IMG/VR virus record: IMGVR_UViG_3300043078_000170
From: a virus
Taxonomy: Duplodnaviria; Caudoviricetes
Direction: 5' to 3' (one strand)
Length of the DNA: 64,000 nt
In this document: piece by piece, positions 1 to 11,603 of the stretch
How the letters are laid out: each line of letters starts with the position of its first letter
Position numbering within the stretch: position 1 is the stretch's first letter
The notes under the pieces: model-generated
The model's input: only the letters and a program-made list of their open reading frames with translations
What the model was told of the DNA's origin: nothing
Database searches by the model: none
Position numbers and translations under genes: made by a program

Positions 1-48
1 TGTAGTAGCTGTAGTAGCAGCCTTCTTAATAATCTTCTTTGTAGACAT
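1..48 (-). CDS. 5' part of a hypothetical protein running off the window (MSTKKIIKKAATTATT...)
   Basis: ATG at 48 preceded by AAGGAG; AACA-N6-TA motif at 113-124 on the minus strand. Confidence 0.6.
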   Translation of the reverse strand, partial: MSTKKIIKKAATTATT

Positions 49-298
49 AATAATTACTCCTTTAAATTATATTTTTAATTTTAAGTTCTTGGTATACCAA
101 AAAACTTTTCTATACTTTTATGTTAGTACTTAAAATTTTGAATTTAAATTTAAATTTCCATAACTGTGTTAAACATTTCAGAGTTAAAAAATTTAAACAT
201 CGATTCTTTTTATATTTTTTATAAATTTATATTTTTTATAAATTTAATTTAATATATTTTTATTTATTTTTTAAAATTTAAATTTATAAAATAAAATA

Positions 299-306
299 TA
301 TATTAT
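299..306 (+). promoter_or_regulatory. Early-type promoter motif TATATTAT upstream of RNAP beta-N
   Basis: The same motif precedes about 10 + strand units (299, 3049, 26304, 32078, 37062, 43460, 53365, 56558, 63246; variant 30889); resembles phiKZ/AR9 early promoters. Confidence 0.55.
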
Positions 307-377
307 TAAAGGGTAAGATTAAAAAATATAATTTTTAATTTTATAAAATTTTATCTTAAATAAAAAGGAGAAAAATT

Positions 378-1946
378 ATGGCACAATGGAATAAGATGTT
401 AAAAGAGTTGCATAACTCAATTCCAGAAAAATTTAATGAAGAAATATTTCATCTTAAAGAGAAAGACGATATTCTTCAACATATCTCAGATGCTTGTAGT
501 AGTCTAGAAAGTATTCAAGGTATTAAATTTCTGGGAGCTAAAAAGATTGATGAGAGAACTCTTTATAAACCATCAAAGGATATTACAGATATTCCTTATG
601 AACGTTCAAGACTTATTGCTATTGAAATTAAGTTTGAATTAAAAGATCCAAAGAGTTCTGAAACAAAATTAATTAAGAAGAAATTATATTTCCCAAAATT
701 AATTGATGGTTGTTATTATCTTATTGATGATGTAAAATATTATCCAATCTTTCAGATAGTTGATGCAGAAACATATAAGACTAATAATAGTATTACAATG
801 AGAACTTCTTTACAACCTATTGTCGTTAGTAAAAAGAATATTTCTATGACCCCAGAAAATACTTTAGAAGAAATTGAAGGTTATTATACTTTCAGTAAAA
901 TCTTTAATACTAAGATTCCAATCTTTATTTATTTCTTTGCTAATTTTGGAATTACTAATACTCTTAAATATTTTGATTTAGAAGATACTTTTGAAATTAT
1001 TGATAAGAAAAGAATTGACTTTGATGAGCATGAAGATGATTATTTATTTAAACTTGGTTCAATGCTTTATTTATCAGTTCCTAAAAAGTATATGGATGAA
1101 TCGTTACAGAATAAAGTAATGGTATTTACTTTTGTCAATGCTTTTCAGAAGAAAGATAAAGTTTCAACAGAAAAGATTGATGATAAAGATTATTGGATTA
1201 GAAAACTCGGTAGTTATTTTACTAAAAATCAAACTAATTTTGATAATAAAGGTAAATCTGTAAAAGCTTCTTTTGAAAGACTTTTAGATAATACTACTAA
1301 AAGAGTTATTCGTATTCCAGATAGAGATAAGGAAAATATTTACAGCCTTTTAAGATGGTTCTTAATTAATTATGATAGTCTTTTATATCAAAACAATGAT
1401 GACTTGGCTAATAAAAGATTAAGACTTAATGAATGCTTTATTTTCCCACTATTGGAAGTATGGACTCAGGGCGTATTAAGAGTTCTTAATGGAAAAAACA
1501 TTACACTTAAAACTCTTGAATCTTTATTTAGTAATATTCAACCAGATTTTCTTGTTAAGAAGATTAAAACAGCAGATAATCTTAGATATATGAATAATGT
1601 AGATAGTATAGATATTCTTAATAAAATGAAGCTAACTATTGCAGGAAATCAAAGTATTTCTAATTCAAGAGGTGAGATCAGAGGTAAAACTTTGGACCCA
1701 TCGATGATCGGGAATATCGATGTAATTTATACATCGAATAATGACCCAGGTACTACAAGAGCTTTATCAATTGGTGCTAAAGTAAATGATACTTGGCACT
1801 TTACAGAAGAGCCTAATATTATTTCAAATGGCTTTGAAGGTGAAGAATATGATAATCTTGAAGAGCTTGAAGATTCCATCTATGAAGATGTTGATGTTGT
1901 TCAGCTTGGCGATGATGACTTTACTTTTGATATTGATGATGAATAA
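378..1946 (+). CDS. Phage multisubunit RNA polymerase beta subunit, N-terminal half (probably non-virion RNAP)
   Basis: LYFPKLIDGCYYLIDDVKYYPIFQ resembles the beta N-terminal region; TLDPSMIGNIDVIYTSNNDPG resembles [21 protein letters not shown]; early promoter. Confidence 0.8.
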   Translation: MAQWNKMLKELHNSIPEKFNEEIFHLKEKDDILQHISDACSSLESIQGIKFLGAKKIDERTLYKPSKDITDIPYERSRLIAIEIKFELKDPKSSETKLIKKKLYFPKLIDGCYYLIDDVKYYPIFQIVDAETYKTNNSITMRTSLQPIVVSKKNISMTPENTLEEIEGYYTFSKIFNTKIPIFIYFFANFGITNTLKYFDLEDTFEIIDKKRIDFDEHEDDYLFKLGSMLYLSVPKKYMDESLQNKVMVFTFVNAFQKKDKVSTEKIDDKDYWIRKLGSYFTKNQTNFDNKGKSVKASFERLLDNTTKRVIRIPDRDKENIYSLLRWFLINYDSLLYQNNDDLANKRLRLNECFIFPLLEVWTQGVLRVLNGKNITLKTLESLFSNIQPDFLVKKIKTADNLRYMNNVDSIDILNKMKLTIAGNQSISNSRGEIRGKTLDPSMIGNIDVIYTSNNDPGTTRALSIGAKVNDTWHFTEEPNIISNGFEGEEYDNLEELEDSIYEDVDVVQLGDDDFTFDIDDE

Positions 1947-1950
1947 ATAA

Positions 1951-3045
1951 ATGAAGACTAAAACTAATGAAGAGTTCTTAAATGAAATATATGACTTAGT
2001 ACAGGATGAATATTCTGTACTAAGTAAATATATTAATAATAAAACTAAAATTAAATTTCGTCATAATAAATGCAATAATATATTTGAAATTCAACCAACA
2101 CATTTTTTACAAGGTCAAAGATGTCCTTATTGTAGAAAATATAATCCCATTAAAACTACTTCAACAATTGATAAAGAAATTAAAGAATTAACTAATGGTG
2201 AATATATCTTAGTGGGTGAATATAATAACAATAAAGGCTTTATAACTTTAAAGCATCTTAAATGTAATAAAGAATATAAAGTAAAAGCTCATAGCTTTAT
2301 TAATAATGGAGATAGATGTCCTTACTGTAGTAAAACACACAAGAAAACTACAGAAGAATTTATTAAAGATGTTAATAAGCTTTATGGTGATAACGAATAT
2401 ACAGTATTAAGTCCTTATATTAATAACGCAACTAAAATTAAAGTAAAACATAAATGTGGTTATATTTATGAAACAACTCCTAGAAATTTTTTACAGCATT
2501 TTGGATGTCCTAAATGTGCTAATAATATTAAAAAAACTTTAAAAGATTTTAAAGAAGAAGTTAATAGATTAGTAAATGATGAATATACCGTTATAGGAAA
2601 TTATATAAATACAGATACTAATATAAAAATTAAACATGAAAAATGTGGATTTGAATATTATGTAACTCCAAATAATTTCTTAAAAGGTCAAAGATGTCCT
2701 AAATGTAAAAGATCAAAAGGAGAAGAAAGGATAGCTAAATGGCTTAAAGATAATAACTATAATTTTGAAACTCAATATACCTTTGAAGATTGTAAAAATG
2801 AAAGAGTTCTTCCATTTGATTTTAAATTAGAAAAAAATAATAGAATAATTCTTATAGAATATGATGGAGAATTTCATTATAAGCAACAATTTTATTCAAA
2901 GGACTTTGAACTACAGAAGAAAAGAGATTCTATTAAAGATAATTATTGTAAACAACATGAAGATATTGACTTATATAGAATTCCATATACTGAATTTGAT
3001 AATATTGAAAGTATCTTAGAAGGAATTCTTAATAATTATAAATAA
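1951..3045 (+). CDS. Free-standing putative homing endonuclease: 4 zinc-ribbon repeats plus C-terminal Vsr/DUF559-like PD-(D/E)xK nuclease
   Basis: Four ~60 aa HxxC...CPxC repeats; C-terminal LPFDF...IEYDGEFHY...RDSIKDNYC...LYRIPY. Confidence 0.75.
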   Translation: MKTKTNEEFLNEIYDLVQDEYSVLSKYINNKTKIKFRHNKCNNIFEIQPTHFLQGQRCPYCRKYNPIKTTSTIDKEIKELTNGEYILVGEYNNNKGFITLKHLKCNKEYKVKAHSFINNGDRCPYCSKTHKKTTEEFIKDVNKLYGDNEYTVLSPYINNATKIKVKHKCGYIYETTPRNFLQHFGCPKCANNIKKTLKDFKEEVNRLVNDEYTVIGNYINTDTNIKIKHEKCGFEYYVTPNNFLKGQRCPKCKRSKGEERIAKWLKDNNYNFETQYTFEDCKNERVLPFDFKLEKNNRIILIEYDGEFHYKQQFYSKDFELQKKRDSIKDNYCKQHEDIDLYRIPYTEFDNIESILEGILNNYK

Positions 3046-3102
3046 ACATATATTATTAATTTGTCATATAAAGACAAATAAAATTATAGGAGGAAAATTT
3101 AT

Positions 3103-4926
3103 ATGCACAAACATCCGATTGAATTAGTAGAAGAAAGAGAGAATGAATTTAAAGATAATCATTCTTTCTTAGGTCCAACATGTATGATTCCAGGTTTAGC
3201 TTCAACTGATGCCAACAGAGCTCAAATGGACTCATCGCACTTAGAACAAAGACTACAGGTATTAGAACCTCAAGCACCTTTAATTTATACTGGATTTGAG
3301 AATGAATGGGGTAAGTATTCTTCAGGATATTGCCAACTAAAAGGTAAATGGAAGGTTCTTTGTAAGATTGAAAAGAATGACTATAACTATGATTTAATCA
3401 TTAAGAAGATTAAGAATAGTGAAGAAGAAACTAAGAATTTAAAGAATGGTATTAAACCAGAATTTAATCCAGGTGAATATCATGTAATTCAAAGAAATGA
3501 ATGTACTCATCTTACAGAAAAATATGGTTATAAGCATGATAATAAAATCATTGATTCATTAGAAAAAGGTGATATTATTGAAAATAATACAGTATTATTT
3601 AAAGATAATAACCGTGATGAAGAAATGAATTTAACTCATGGAAGAAATCTTAATGTTGTTTATTTGACTTATGGTGGTCTAACAAATGAAGATGCTATTG
3701 TAATTAGTGAAAGTACTTCTAAGAAAATGGGTCACTATGAAGTTAAAATTGTAGATGTATCATTAAACACTAATGATATATTTGTAAATATGTATGGTAA
3801 TAAAAAATTCTATAAGTCTTTCCCAGATATTGGTGAAGATTGTAAAGATGGATTATTATGTGCAACAAGAAGAATTAATTATTCAACTGCTCCAATTACT
3901 TTAGCTGATACTATTAATCTTATTCCTGAAGATGTAAAGTATAGAGGACATGGTAAAGTAGTTGATCTTCAGGTTATTTCTAATATTGAAAATCCTGAAG
4001 AAGTCTTAGATACAACATATAATAAGCAGATTAAGATTTACTATGATAAACAGCAAAACTATTATAAGAATTTTATTGCTTATGTTGAACCAATTGTTAC
4101 TAATTCAGAAAATAAAGTTAGTAAGGATTTAGTAGATCTTTATAACTATTATTGTAGATTAGTTGATCCGAATAATAAATTCTTAGTAAATGATAATCTA
4201 TTTGATCATCTAAGAATTAAGTTTACTATTCTTGAAGAATGCTCATTAGTTATTGGATCTAAATTGGCAGGACGTTACGGAGATAAAGGTGTTGTTTCAG
4301 AAATTAGACCAGATGATGAAATGCCTAAAGTAACTGATTTTGCTGGTCTTGGCAATCCTGATGAAAATTCTAATGTTAATTTCCAGATTGATATGATATT
4401 AAATCCATTAGGTGTTTCTAATAGACTTAATCCTTCTCAGAATATTGAAACAGAAATTAATTATAATAGTAAATATATTAGATATCAGATGGAACAGAAT
4501 TGGAATGAATGGACTCTTGAAGAAGAAAAGAAGTTTTTAATTGACTATCTTAATGTAGTAGATAAAGAAGAATGTGAAAACATTGAAAAGTTCATGGATA
4601 ATTTATCTGAAGAAGAACTTGAGGAACTACTCTTAGAGATAATTAAAAATGGTATTCCAGTTCATCAAGCACCTTTAAATGGAGCTAAAAATATTGTTGA
4701 TCTAGCAAGAATTTATAATTATACTGGCGTAGATCGTACTAAACTTAAAGATATTACTAATACAGTAATATTTGGTGAAAAGTTTATGATGACGCTTAAG
4801 CATATTCCTGCTTCTAAATTTAGTGCAAGAAGTGTTGATCAATTAAGTATTAAGAATATTCCTGTTAAAAGTAATTTGTATAAAGAATATAAGTCTGATT
4901 ATTCTACTAATGCTATCAAGATCGGT
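3103..4926 (+). CDS. RNA polymerase beta subunit C-terminal half, exon 1 (spliced product about 693 aa)
   Basis: DANRAQM, NEDAIVIS, GSKLAGRYGDKGVV, DMILNPLGVSNRLN, MTLKH and KFSARS motifs; ends IKIG just before the conserved EME. Confidence 0.9.
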
Positions 4927-5257
4927 AAATTTTGCTGATGTAAAACTCCTTTAATTGCTGGAAACTCCTTAGTATAAGGACAATCAGCAGCTAATTATTC
5001 TAAGAATTCTTAGAATAAAAGTTCAACGACTATCGAAACCATAAGCTATTATTGAATAGCTGAAGAAGGAAGTAGAGTAGAGCCAAGTGGTTTAGGTTTA
5101 GAGCAATAATCTTATAATTCCTAATTAAATCGAAATGGGGAGCATTTGTTATTATCCAATAACAATGAAGATATAGTCTCAACTCTAGATATAAATAAAA
5201 CTAGAGAAGTTCATAAGAGAACTGCATAAGATTAACGACCTTATGTGAAGATAATTG
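4927..5257 (+). mobile_element. Group I intron without an ORF in the RNAP beta-C gene
   Basis: P1 AUCGGU/GCUGAU with a U-G pair at the splice site; AATTGCTGGAAA, AATCAGCAG, GTTCAACGACTA and AAGATATAGTCT core elements; terminal G5257; splicing restores G-EME. Confidence 0.9.
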
Positions 5258-5515
5258 GAAATGGAAAATATAGGACTTGCTTTAGCAAATCCTGCAAATA
5301 AAAAAGCTATGGAGATTAATAAAAATTATCTTGATGCTTTTGCAAACAATGAAAAAATGAGAATGGATTTAATTGAAACTCAATTATCAGATGATCCTTA
5401 TTGTTTTGACATTGAAAAGTCTGATACTCGTTCAGAAAATTCTAAGATGTTAAGAGCATTCTTAAATTGTATGCAATTAGATATTGAAGAAGATGAAGAG
5501 AATTTTGACGAATAA
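5258..5515 (+). CDS. RNA polymerase beta subunit C-terminal half, exon 2
   Basis: Begins GAA ATG GAA (EME), completing the GEME motif; ends SENSKMLRAFLNCMQLDI, like the beta C-terminus. Confidence 0.88.
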   Translation, partial: EMENIGLALANPANKKAMEINKNYLDAFANNEKMRMDLIETQLSDDPYCFDIEKSDTRSENSKMLRAFLNCMQLDIEEDEENFDE

Positions 5516-5586
5516 TTAAAAATAATTGAAGAGATGAATAAGGAATAAAAAATCCTTATTCATCTTTTATTTTTATATTGGAAATT

Positions 5587-5598
5587 AACAATTTCCTA
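5587..5598 (+). promoter_or_regulatory. Late-type promoter AACA-N6-TA upstream of DNA polymerase
   Basis: Motif recurs just upstream of at least 16 genes on both strands; matches the AR9 nvRNAP consensus. Confidence 0.6.
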
Positions 5599-5618
5599 TA
5601 ACTTAGGAGGTAATTTAA

Positions 5619-7406
5619 ATGGCAAATAGAATTTTTTCAGATGTCCCAAAAGATTCAATGTTTGTGAATTGTTTTTATACATTCTCTGAATATAATGACA
5701 CTAAAGGAGAATATGACCCTGATTCAATTATTGTAGTTCATAAAGATAAAGATGGTAATAAAGGTTATACTTTTATTGAAAAACCTAATTACACTTATTA
5801 TATAACTAAGGATATTGAAAAGCAGTTTAAGAATAATAAAAATGGTTATGAATATCGTTATATTTCTCTTAAAGATGTTATACCAGTAACTGCAAGATAT
5901 TCAAATAGATATAGATCAATGGCTGAACATTCTAATCGTTTGGAAGTTAAAGAATTATATAATAAATTCTCAGAGAAAGGTCTACCTAAAGAAGAAAGAA
6001 GAAAACTTGAAAATATGCATTTATTTAATGAGTTTCATTCTTCAGATGTAGATATTACAGATTATTATATTGATAGATTTATCATGGAAAATAATCAGGA
6101 GAAAAATTCAATTCCAATTGATATATCAACATTTGATATTGAAGTTGATGGTGCAGATTATCCAGGATTTCCTAATGAAGATGATGCACCATGTGAAGTA
6201 AATATGATAACTTATTATAATTTTAAAACTAATAGACTATCTGTATTTATGAAGGAATATGACACTGATACTTTTGAAGAGTTTATAAATGATAAAGAGC
6301 GTAAGATTAAAACTATTAAAGAAGTTAAGGATATTTACAGAGAATATTTTGGTGATTTTTCAGTTAAGCTTTATAGACTAAAATCTGAATTAGATGTCAT
6401 TAAATATTTCTTTATGACTGTAAATAAAGATAAACCAGATTATTGTTGTGCTTGGAACGCTAGATTCGATATCTTTACACTAAAAAATAGACTTGATAAG
6501 ATTCTTGTAGGAACTAATATGACTGCTGAAGATATTATGTGTCCTTCAGACTTTTGTGTAAAGAAAGTTGTTCTTAGAAAAGATGATAGTCAAAAAGCTA
6601 AGAATGATTTTACAGCTAGAACTGACACTTATAATATTTATGGATATACCACATGGCTTGATATGATGGTACTTTATGGAAATATTACAAGACCTCAAGG
6701 TAAAAAAGAATCCTATAGCTTGAATGCTATAGGACTTGAAGAAACAGGACTTGGTAAAGAAAATCTTAGTGAAGAAAATACTAGTATTAAAACTGTATTC
6801 TTAGATAATTATACAAAATTCTTTAAGTATTCTTGCATTGATACATTACTATTGTCGCTTATTGTAAAGAATACTGGATATATAGATCTTCTTCATACAA
6901 TTGTAACATTAACACATACTAGAGCTAGTAAAGCTTTAACTAAAACAGTTTGCTTAAGAAATTATGTAAATATCTTTTATAGAGAAATGGGTTATGTAAT
7001 TTCAAATAATAGATGTAGAGCACATAATGAAACAAGAATTGGTATTAGTGGTGCTTATGTTGCTCCACCAGAATTAATTGATAATGTAGGTGAAATTAAT
7101 GGTATTCCATCTAACAAATGTTTTGATTTTGTAATTGATGAAGACTTATCTGCAATGTATCCAAATATTCTTATAACATTTAATATTTCAAGTTCAACAG
7201 CTTTAAATAGAATTATAGTTAGTGAAAAAACTGGTGAATATGAAACAGTAATGAAGAATAATAAACCAGTAAAGCAAGAAATTATTAAAGATATAACTAA
7301 AGAATTTATGGAGAAGTTTTTGTCAGAAGACTCTGTAAGATATTGTGTTGAATATCATAATCTTCCTGATTATGAAGAAATGTATAATTTATTCAAAGAA
7401 GAATAA
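5619..7406 (+). CDS. Family B DNA polymerase, N-terminal part (3'-5' exonuclease plus motif A) of a split enzyme
   Basis: ExoI FDIEVD, ExoII AWNARFD, ExoIII YSCID, motif A DEDLSAMYPNI; motifs B and C absent. Confidence 0.85.
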   Translation: MANRIFSDVPKDSMFVNCFYTFSEYNDTKGEYDPDSIIVVHKDKDGNKGYTFIEKPNYTYYITKDIEKQFKNNKNGYEYRYISLKDVIPVTARYSNRYRSMAEHSNRLEVKELYNKFSEKGLPKEERRKLENMHLFNEFHSSDVDITDYYIDRFIMENNQEKNSIPIDISTFDIEVDGADYPGFPNEDDAPCEVNMITYYNFKTNRLSVFMKEYDTDTFEEFINDKERKIKTIKEVKDIYREYFGDFSVKLYRLKSELDVIKYFFMTVNKDKPDYCCAWNARFDIFTLKNRLDKILVGTNMTAEDIMCPSDFCVKKVVLRKDDSQKAKNDFTARTDTYNIYGYTTWLDMMVLYGNITRPQGKKESYSLNAIGLEETGLGKENLSEENTSIKTVFLDNYTKFFKYSCIDTLLLSLIVKNTGYIDLLHTIVTLTHTRASKALTKTVCLRNYVNIFYREMGYVISNNRCRAHNETRIGISGAYVAPPELIDNVGEINGIPSNKCFDFVIDEDLSAMYPNILITFNISSSTALNRIIVSEKTGEYETVMKNNKPVKQEIIKDITKEFMEKFLSEDSVRYCVEYHNLPDYEEMYNLFKEE

Positions 7407-7518
7407 ATGAATAAAAAACTCTCTAGGATTTTTTAAGATCCTAGAGAGAAATATTAAAATAAAGGAGTAAATTGGCTAAAATTTAACCTAATGGTTTGTT
7501 TTAAAAGGAGTTAAAAAT

Positions 7519-8280
7519 ATGAAATTAGTTGATAAAGAACTTAAGAATTTCTTAAAGAAAATATACGATCTTAATCAAATAATGAAGAATATTTACAAGG
7601 ATGAACCTAACTTTAGTCCTTCATATATTCTTACAAATAAAAAAGCTATTTATGCAGATATAGATTGTATTCCAGAAATTATTAAATATGATTTTAATGA
7701 ACCTATTGAAACTGAATTTAGAGTAATAGTTCATGCATCAGATTTCTTTTCAGTATTTAAAGATTCAAAGTTTAAAGAAGATATTAAATCAATTGTTATT
7801 AATAAAGATTCTATAGAATTTTATAATGATAATTCAGTTATTTATAAACTTAGTGATGATGAATCTATTATAACTAAAATAGATACTCTTTGTAATAATT
7901 ATGCTGAAAATTGTAGTGATAATCTTTTATGGGATTTTAATTTAAAAGAAGAAATTATTAAAGAAGTTGTAAATAAAAATAAAGAATTAATTCAATTAGT
8001 TTGTGATGTTGATAATGTAGAAGCTTATAATATTAAAGAAATTGATATTGATGAATTAGAAGATATAGCTTACTTTGAAATGTTCTTAAACAAAAAATTC
8101 ATTAATGGAATTTCTTATAAAGAGAAAAAACTTAAAAGTGGTAATAAAATAGAATATACACCAATTCATATTAGAGTATATGAAACACCTAAAAATGATA
8201 TTTATTATGCTGTAAATCTTATTGTATTTCTTAAAAATAAGGATGCTATAGAACATCACTTTATAATCTGTGATTTTTAA
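7519..8280 (+). CDS. Hypothetical protein, possible sliding-clamp-like replication factor
   Basis: AAGGAG RBS; 253 aa, acidic, apparent two-lobed alternating pattern, adjacent to PolB; function is inference only. Confidence 0.4.
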   Translation: MKLVDKELKNFLKKIYDLNQIMKNIYKDEPNFSPSYILTNKKAIYADIDCIPEIIKYDFNEPIETEFRVIVHASDFFSVFKDSKFKEDIKSIVINKDSIEFYNDNSVIYKLSDDESIITKIDTLCNNYAENCSDNLLWDFNLKEEIIKEVVNKNKELIQLVCDVDNVEAYNIKEIDIDELEDIAYFEMFLNKKFINGISYKEKKLKSGNKIEYTPIHIRVYETPKNDIYYAVNLIVFLKNKDAIEHHFIICDF

Positions 8281-8355
8281 TTATTATTTAAAAATATTAT
8301 TAAGAAAGGCTATTATTTTAATAGCCTTCTTTTTTTTATAAGGATGGTGAATTAA

Positions 8356-10166
8356 ATGGCTAAAAATGACGATAAAAAGCAAGCTGAAGAGCTTAAAAAG
8401 AATACTAAAACGAGAATAGGTTTGTTTAGTCGTAACAATTTCTCCAATAAAGTAAGTAACAATCAAAAAAATATTAAAGATGATTTAAACGAACAAGACA
8501 GAAATATAAATTCAGCTTTATTTGGTGGTTATGAAAATACTATTGATCAAATTAATAATACAGAATTAGATCCTACAAAGGCTCTTGAGAAAAAATTAGA
8601 AACTATTAATAATAAATTTAAACCAATAATTGGCGGAAATCCAATGGAATTCTTAAACAGAATTGAAATGGATAATAAAACATCTAATAATAATCCTGCT
8701 GATAAAAATAAAAATAATGGAAAAAATGGAAGAATTAAAAAATTAGAAAATATGCTTAAAAATTCTAATGGTGAATTCTTTCTTGAAGAAAAGGATAGAT
8801 TTTTTAAATATGAAGATTATCGTTTGATTGATTCATATATTCCAGAAGTTTCTAAGTGTTTAGATTTATTTAGAGATTGTATTTTATCACCAGATGATTT
8901 AACTAAAAGATCTTTAAATTATTATTATAATGGAGTAAGTATTGAAGGAAATGAAAATCCAGAAAATAAATTTATTAATAGTAATTTAGAATTATTAGAA
9001 AAAACTTATGATCTTAAAAAGATTATTAGAACGGATATTAGAGAAGCTTGTCAATTAGGTGATTTATTTTATTTATTAATGCCATATGAAGTAGGATTTA
9101 CTAAAATATTTAAAGAAGATAATGTAAATGAATCTTTAGAACATGATTCAAATTTATATGGTGATTATATTACTGAAGATATGTTAAATCTAGATAATGA
9201 TGAGGATTTTAATTCTTTATTTGATGATATGATTTATCTAAATGAAACATCTAATAGAGCTAAAGAAAAGAAAGAAAATATTGAAAGAGCTAAAAAAGAT
9301 ATTTTAGACTCTATTAATAATAATATTAAATTCTATAAAGATCCAACAGATATTCTTTCTGAGAAGAAACAAGAACAACAAAAATCAAAAGATATGAAAG
9401 GTATTAATATTAACGGTAGTATATTTAAAAAATTACCTCCTGAAAATATTATAGTACTAGAAATTGATGATCAAATACTTGGTTATATTTATATTGAAAA
9501 GAATAATATAAATCTACAACATGATAAACAAGGTTCTAGAAATAATAACCCTAATTCATTAAGATCTGGTAATACTGGTTCTTCTATCAATACTTCTGAT
9601 AGTTTAGGTTATGGTTCTAATGATGTATTTAATTCTAGATATGATTATCTTAATAGAGACCAGACACAAATTAAATCTAAATATGCTTTAATATCTCAGA
9701 TTTTTATTAAAGGTATTTCAAAGAAAATTAATAAAGACTTTTTAGTAAGAAATCAGGAGTTTAAAGATTTAATATATACTTTGGTACATGAAGAATATAT
9801 TACTAAAAAAGAAGTTAAAATGACGTTTATTGAACCTCAATATATACATCATCTTAAATTAAGCAGTACTGATATTTATGGTGTAAGTAAAATTAGTAAG
9901 AGTGTATTTTTCTGTAAGATTTATTTAAGTCATTTATTAACTAATTTAATGCAAAAAATTATAAGAGGTCGTGATAAACGAGCGTTCTATATAGAAACTG
10001 GTTTAGATGACGACATGGAAGGTGCAATTCAAGGATTTATTAGAGATATTAAATCTAAAGAACTTACTTCAGGTCATTTAAAGAATATTACAACTATTTT
10101 AAATAGTGTTGGTAGTTTTGAAGATTACTATATTCCTACTATTGATGGACAGAGATCAGTTGAGAT
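8356..10166 (+). CDS. Portal protein (T4 gp20-like), exon 1 (spliced product about 823 aa)
   Basis: RGRDKRAFYIETG and EDYYIPTIDGQRSVEI resemble gp20 RAPERRIFYIDVG and EDFWLPRREGGRGTEI. Confidence 0.8.
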
Positions 10167-10357
10167 TAACATATCAGTCTCCTTATTATCGAAAGATAAT
10201 TTGTAAAATTTCGTGAACTGCTGGGAATTCCTTAGAGCTTTATAGGCTGAAACGGAATAAGTGATTATAGACGGTATAGCTTAAGAACTATAAAGATTGG
10301 ATAATCAGCAACTAAGAATTCTTTTTTTTTTATATTATTGAAAAGGATAAGAATAAA

Positions 10358-11485
10358 ATGAGTGCTAAAAGAAAAACACATGAAGAGTTTATTAAAGAAG
10401 TTAAAGAATTAGTAAATGAAGAATATACAGTATTAGAAAAGTATAAGTCTTCTTCAATTAAAATAAAGATAAGACACAATACTTGTAATAATATTTATGA
10501 AGTAACTCCTAATAAATTTTTACAAGGTAGAAGATGTCCTTATTGTAAATCAAAAGCTATAAGTAAATCATTAATAAGAACTCAAAAAGAGTTTGAAGAT
10601 ATTATTAATAATAAATTTAATGGTGAATATACAGTATTAGGTAATTATATAAATAATAGTGTTAAATTAGAAATAAAACATAATAAGTGTAAGAATACTT
10701 GGATGGTTTCACCTACTAATATTTTAAATAATAGAAGTACTTGTCCTTATTGTTCTGGAAAACATAAATATACAACTAAAGAATATTATAATAAAATTAA
10801 AAATGATACTAATGGTGAATATATTTTAATTAGTGATTATATTAATAATAAAACTAAAGTTAAAATAAAACATACAGTATGTAATAATACATATGAAGTA
10901 AAACCATATCATTTCAATAATGGAACAAGATGTCCTTATTGTTCTAATCATAATACATTAACTTTAGAAAATATTAAAGATATAATTGAAAATAATTTTA
11001 ATTATACAGTTTTACCAGATACTAATTATACAGGATATAAAGACAAATGTTTACATTTAAAGCATAATTTATGTAATAATGATTTTATGATAGATTATGA
11101 TCATTTTAAACAAGGAACAAGATGTCCTAAATGTAATATGTCTTCAGGTGAAGAAATAATTTATAATTATTTAAAAGAAAATAATTTAGAATTTATTAGA
11201 GAATATACTTTTAATGATTTATACGATAAAGATATTAATAAACCTTTAAGATTTGATTTTAGAGTTAACTTAAATAATGATTATATTTTAATTGAATTTG
11301 ATGGAAAACAACATTTTGAAAAATGTTGGTATGACACTGATGAAGATTTAAAACATAGACAATATTTAGATGAAAAGAAAAATAATTATTGTATTAAGCA
11401 TAATATTCATTTACTTAGAATATCTTATAAAGAAATAAATAATATAGATAATATATTAAAAGAAGAATTAAAGCTCAACGACTAA
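10358..11485 (+). CDS. Intron-encoded putative homing endonuclease 1 (4 zinc-ribbon repeats plus nuclease)
   Basis: HxxC...CPxC repeats; LRFDF...IEFDGKQHF; lies between the intron Q and R elements. Confidence 0.8.
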   Translation: MSAKRKTHEEFIKEVKELVNEEYTVLEKYKSSSIKIKIRHNTCNNIYEVTPNKFLQGRRCPYCKSKAISKSLIRTQKEFEDIINNKFNGEYTVLGNYINNSVKLEIKHNKCKNTWMVSPTNILNNRSTCPYCSGKHKYTTKEYYNKIKNDTNGEYILISDYINNKTKVKIKHTVCNNTYEVKPYHFNNGTRCPYCSNHNTLTLENIKDIIENNFNYTVLPDTNYTGYKDKCLHLKHNLCNNDFMIDYDHFKQGTRCPKCNMSSGEEIIYNYLKENNLEFIREYTFNDLYDKDINKPLRFDFRVNLNNDYILIEFDGKQHFEKCWYDTDEDLKHRQYLDEKKNNYCIKHNIHLLRISYKEINNIDNILKEELKLND

Positions 11486-11603
11486 GTGATTATAAGTATA
11501 ATCCAGTGCGAAACACCTAAGTCTTTTTATTTAAGATATGGTGAAGATATAGTCTGAACTTAAGTGTAATGCTTAAGCAGTTTTAAGAAAGGTAAATTGT
11601 TAA

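Noticed and set aside
200-370. Replication origin in the extremely AT-rich stretch with a short duplication
   Set aside because: Adequately explained by a divergent promoter region in a low-GC genome; no iterons can be distinguished
5255-5515. ORFs 5255-5515, 12541-13185 and 21334-22719 as independent genes
   Set aside because: They are 3' exons; removing the group I introns joins them in frame and restores conserved motifs
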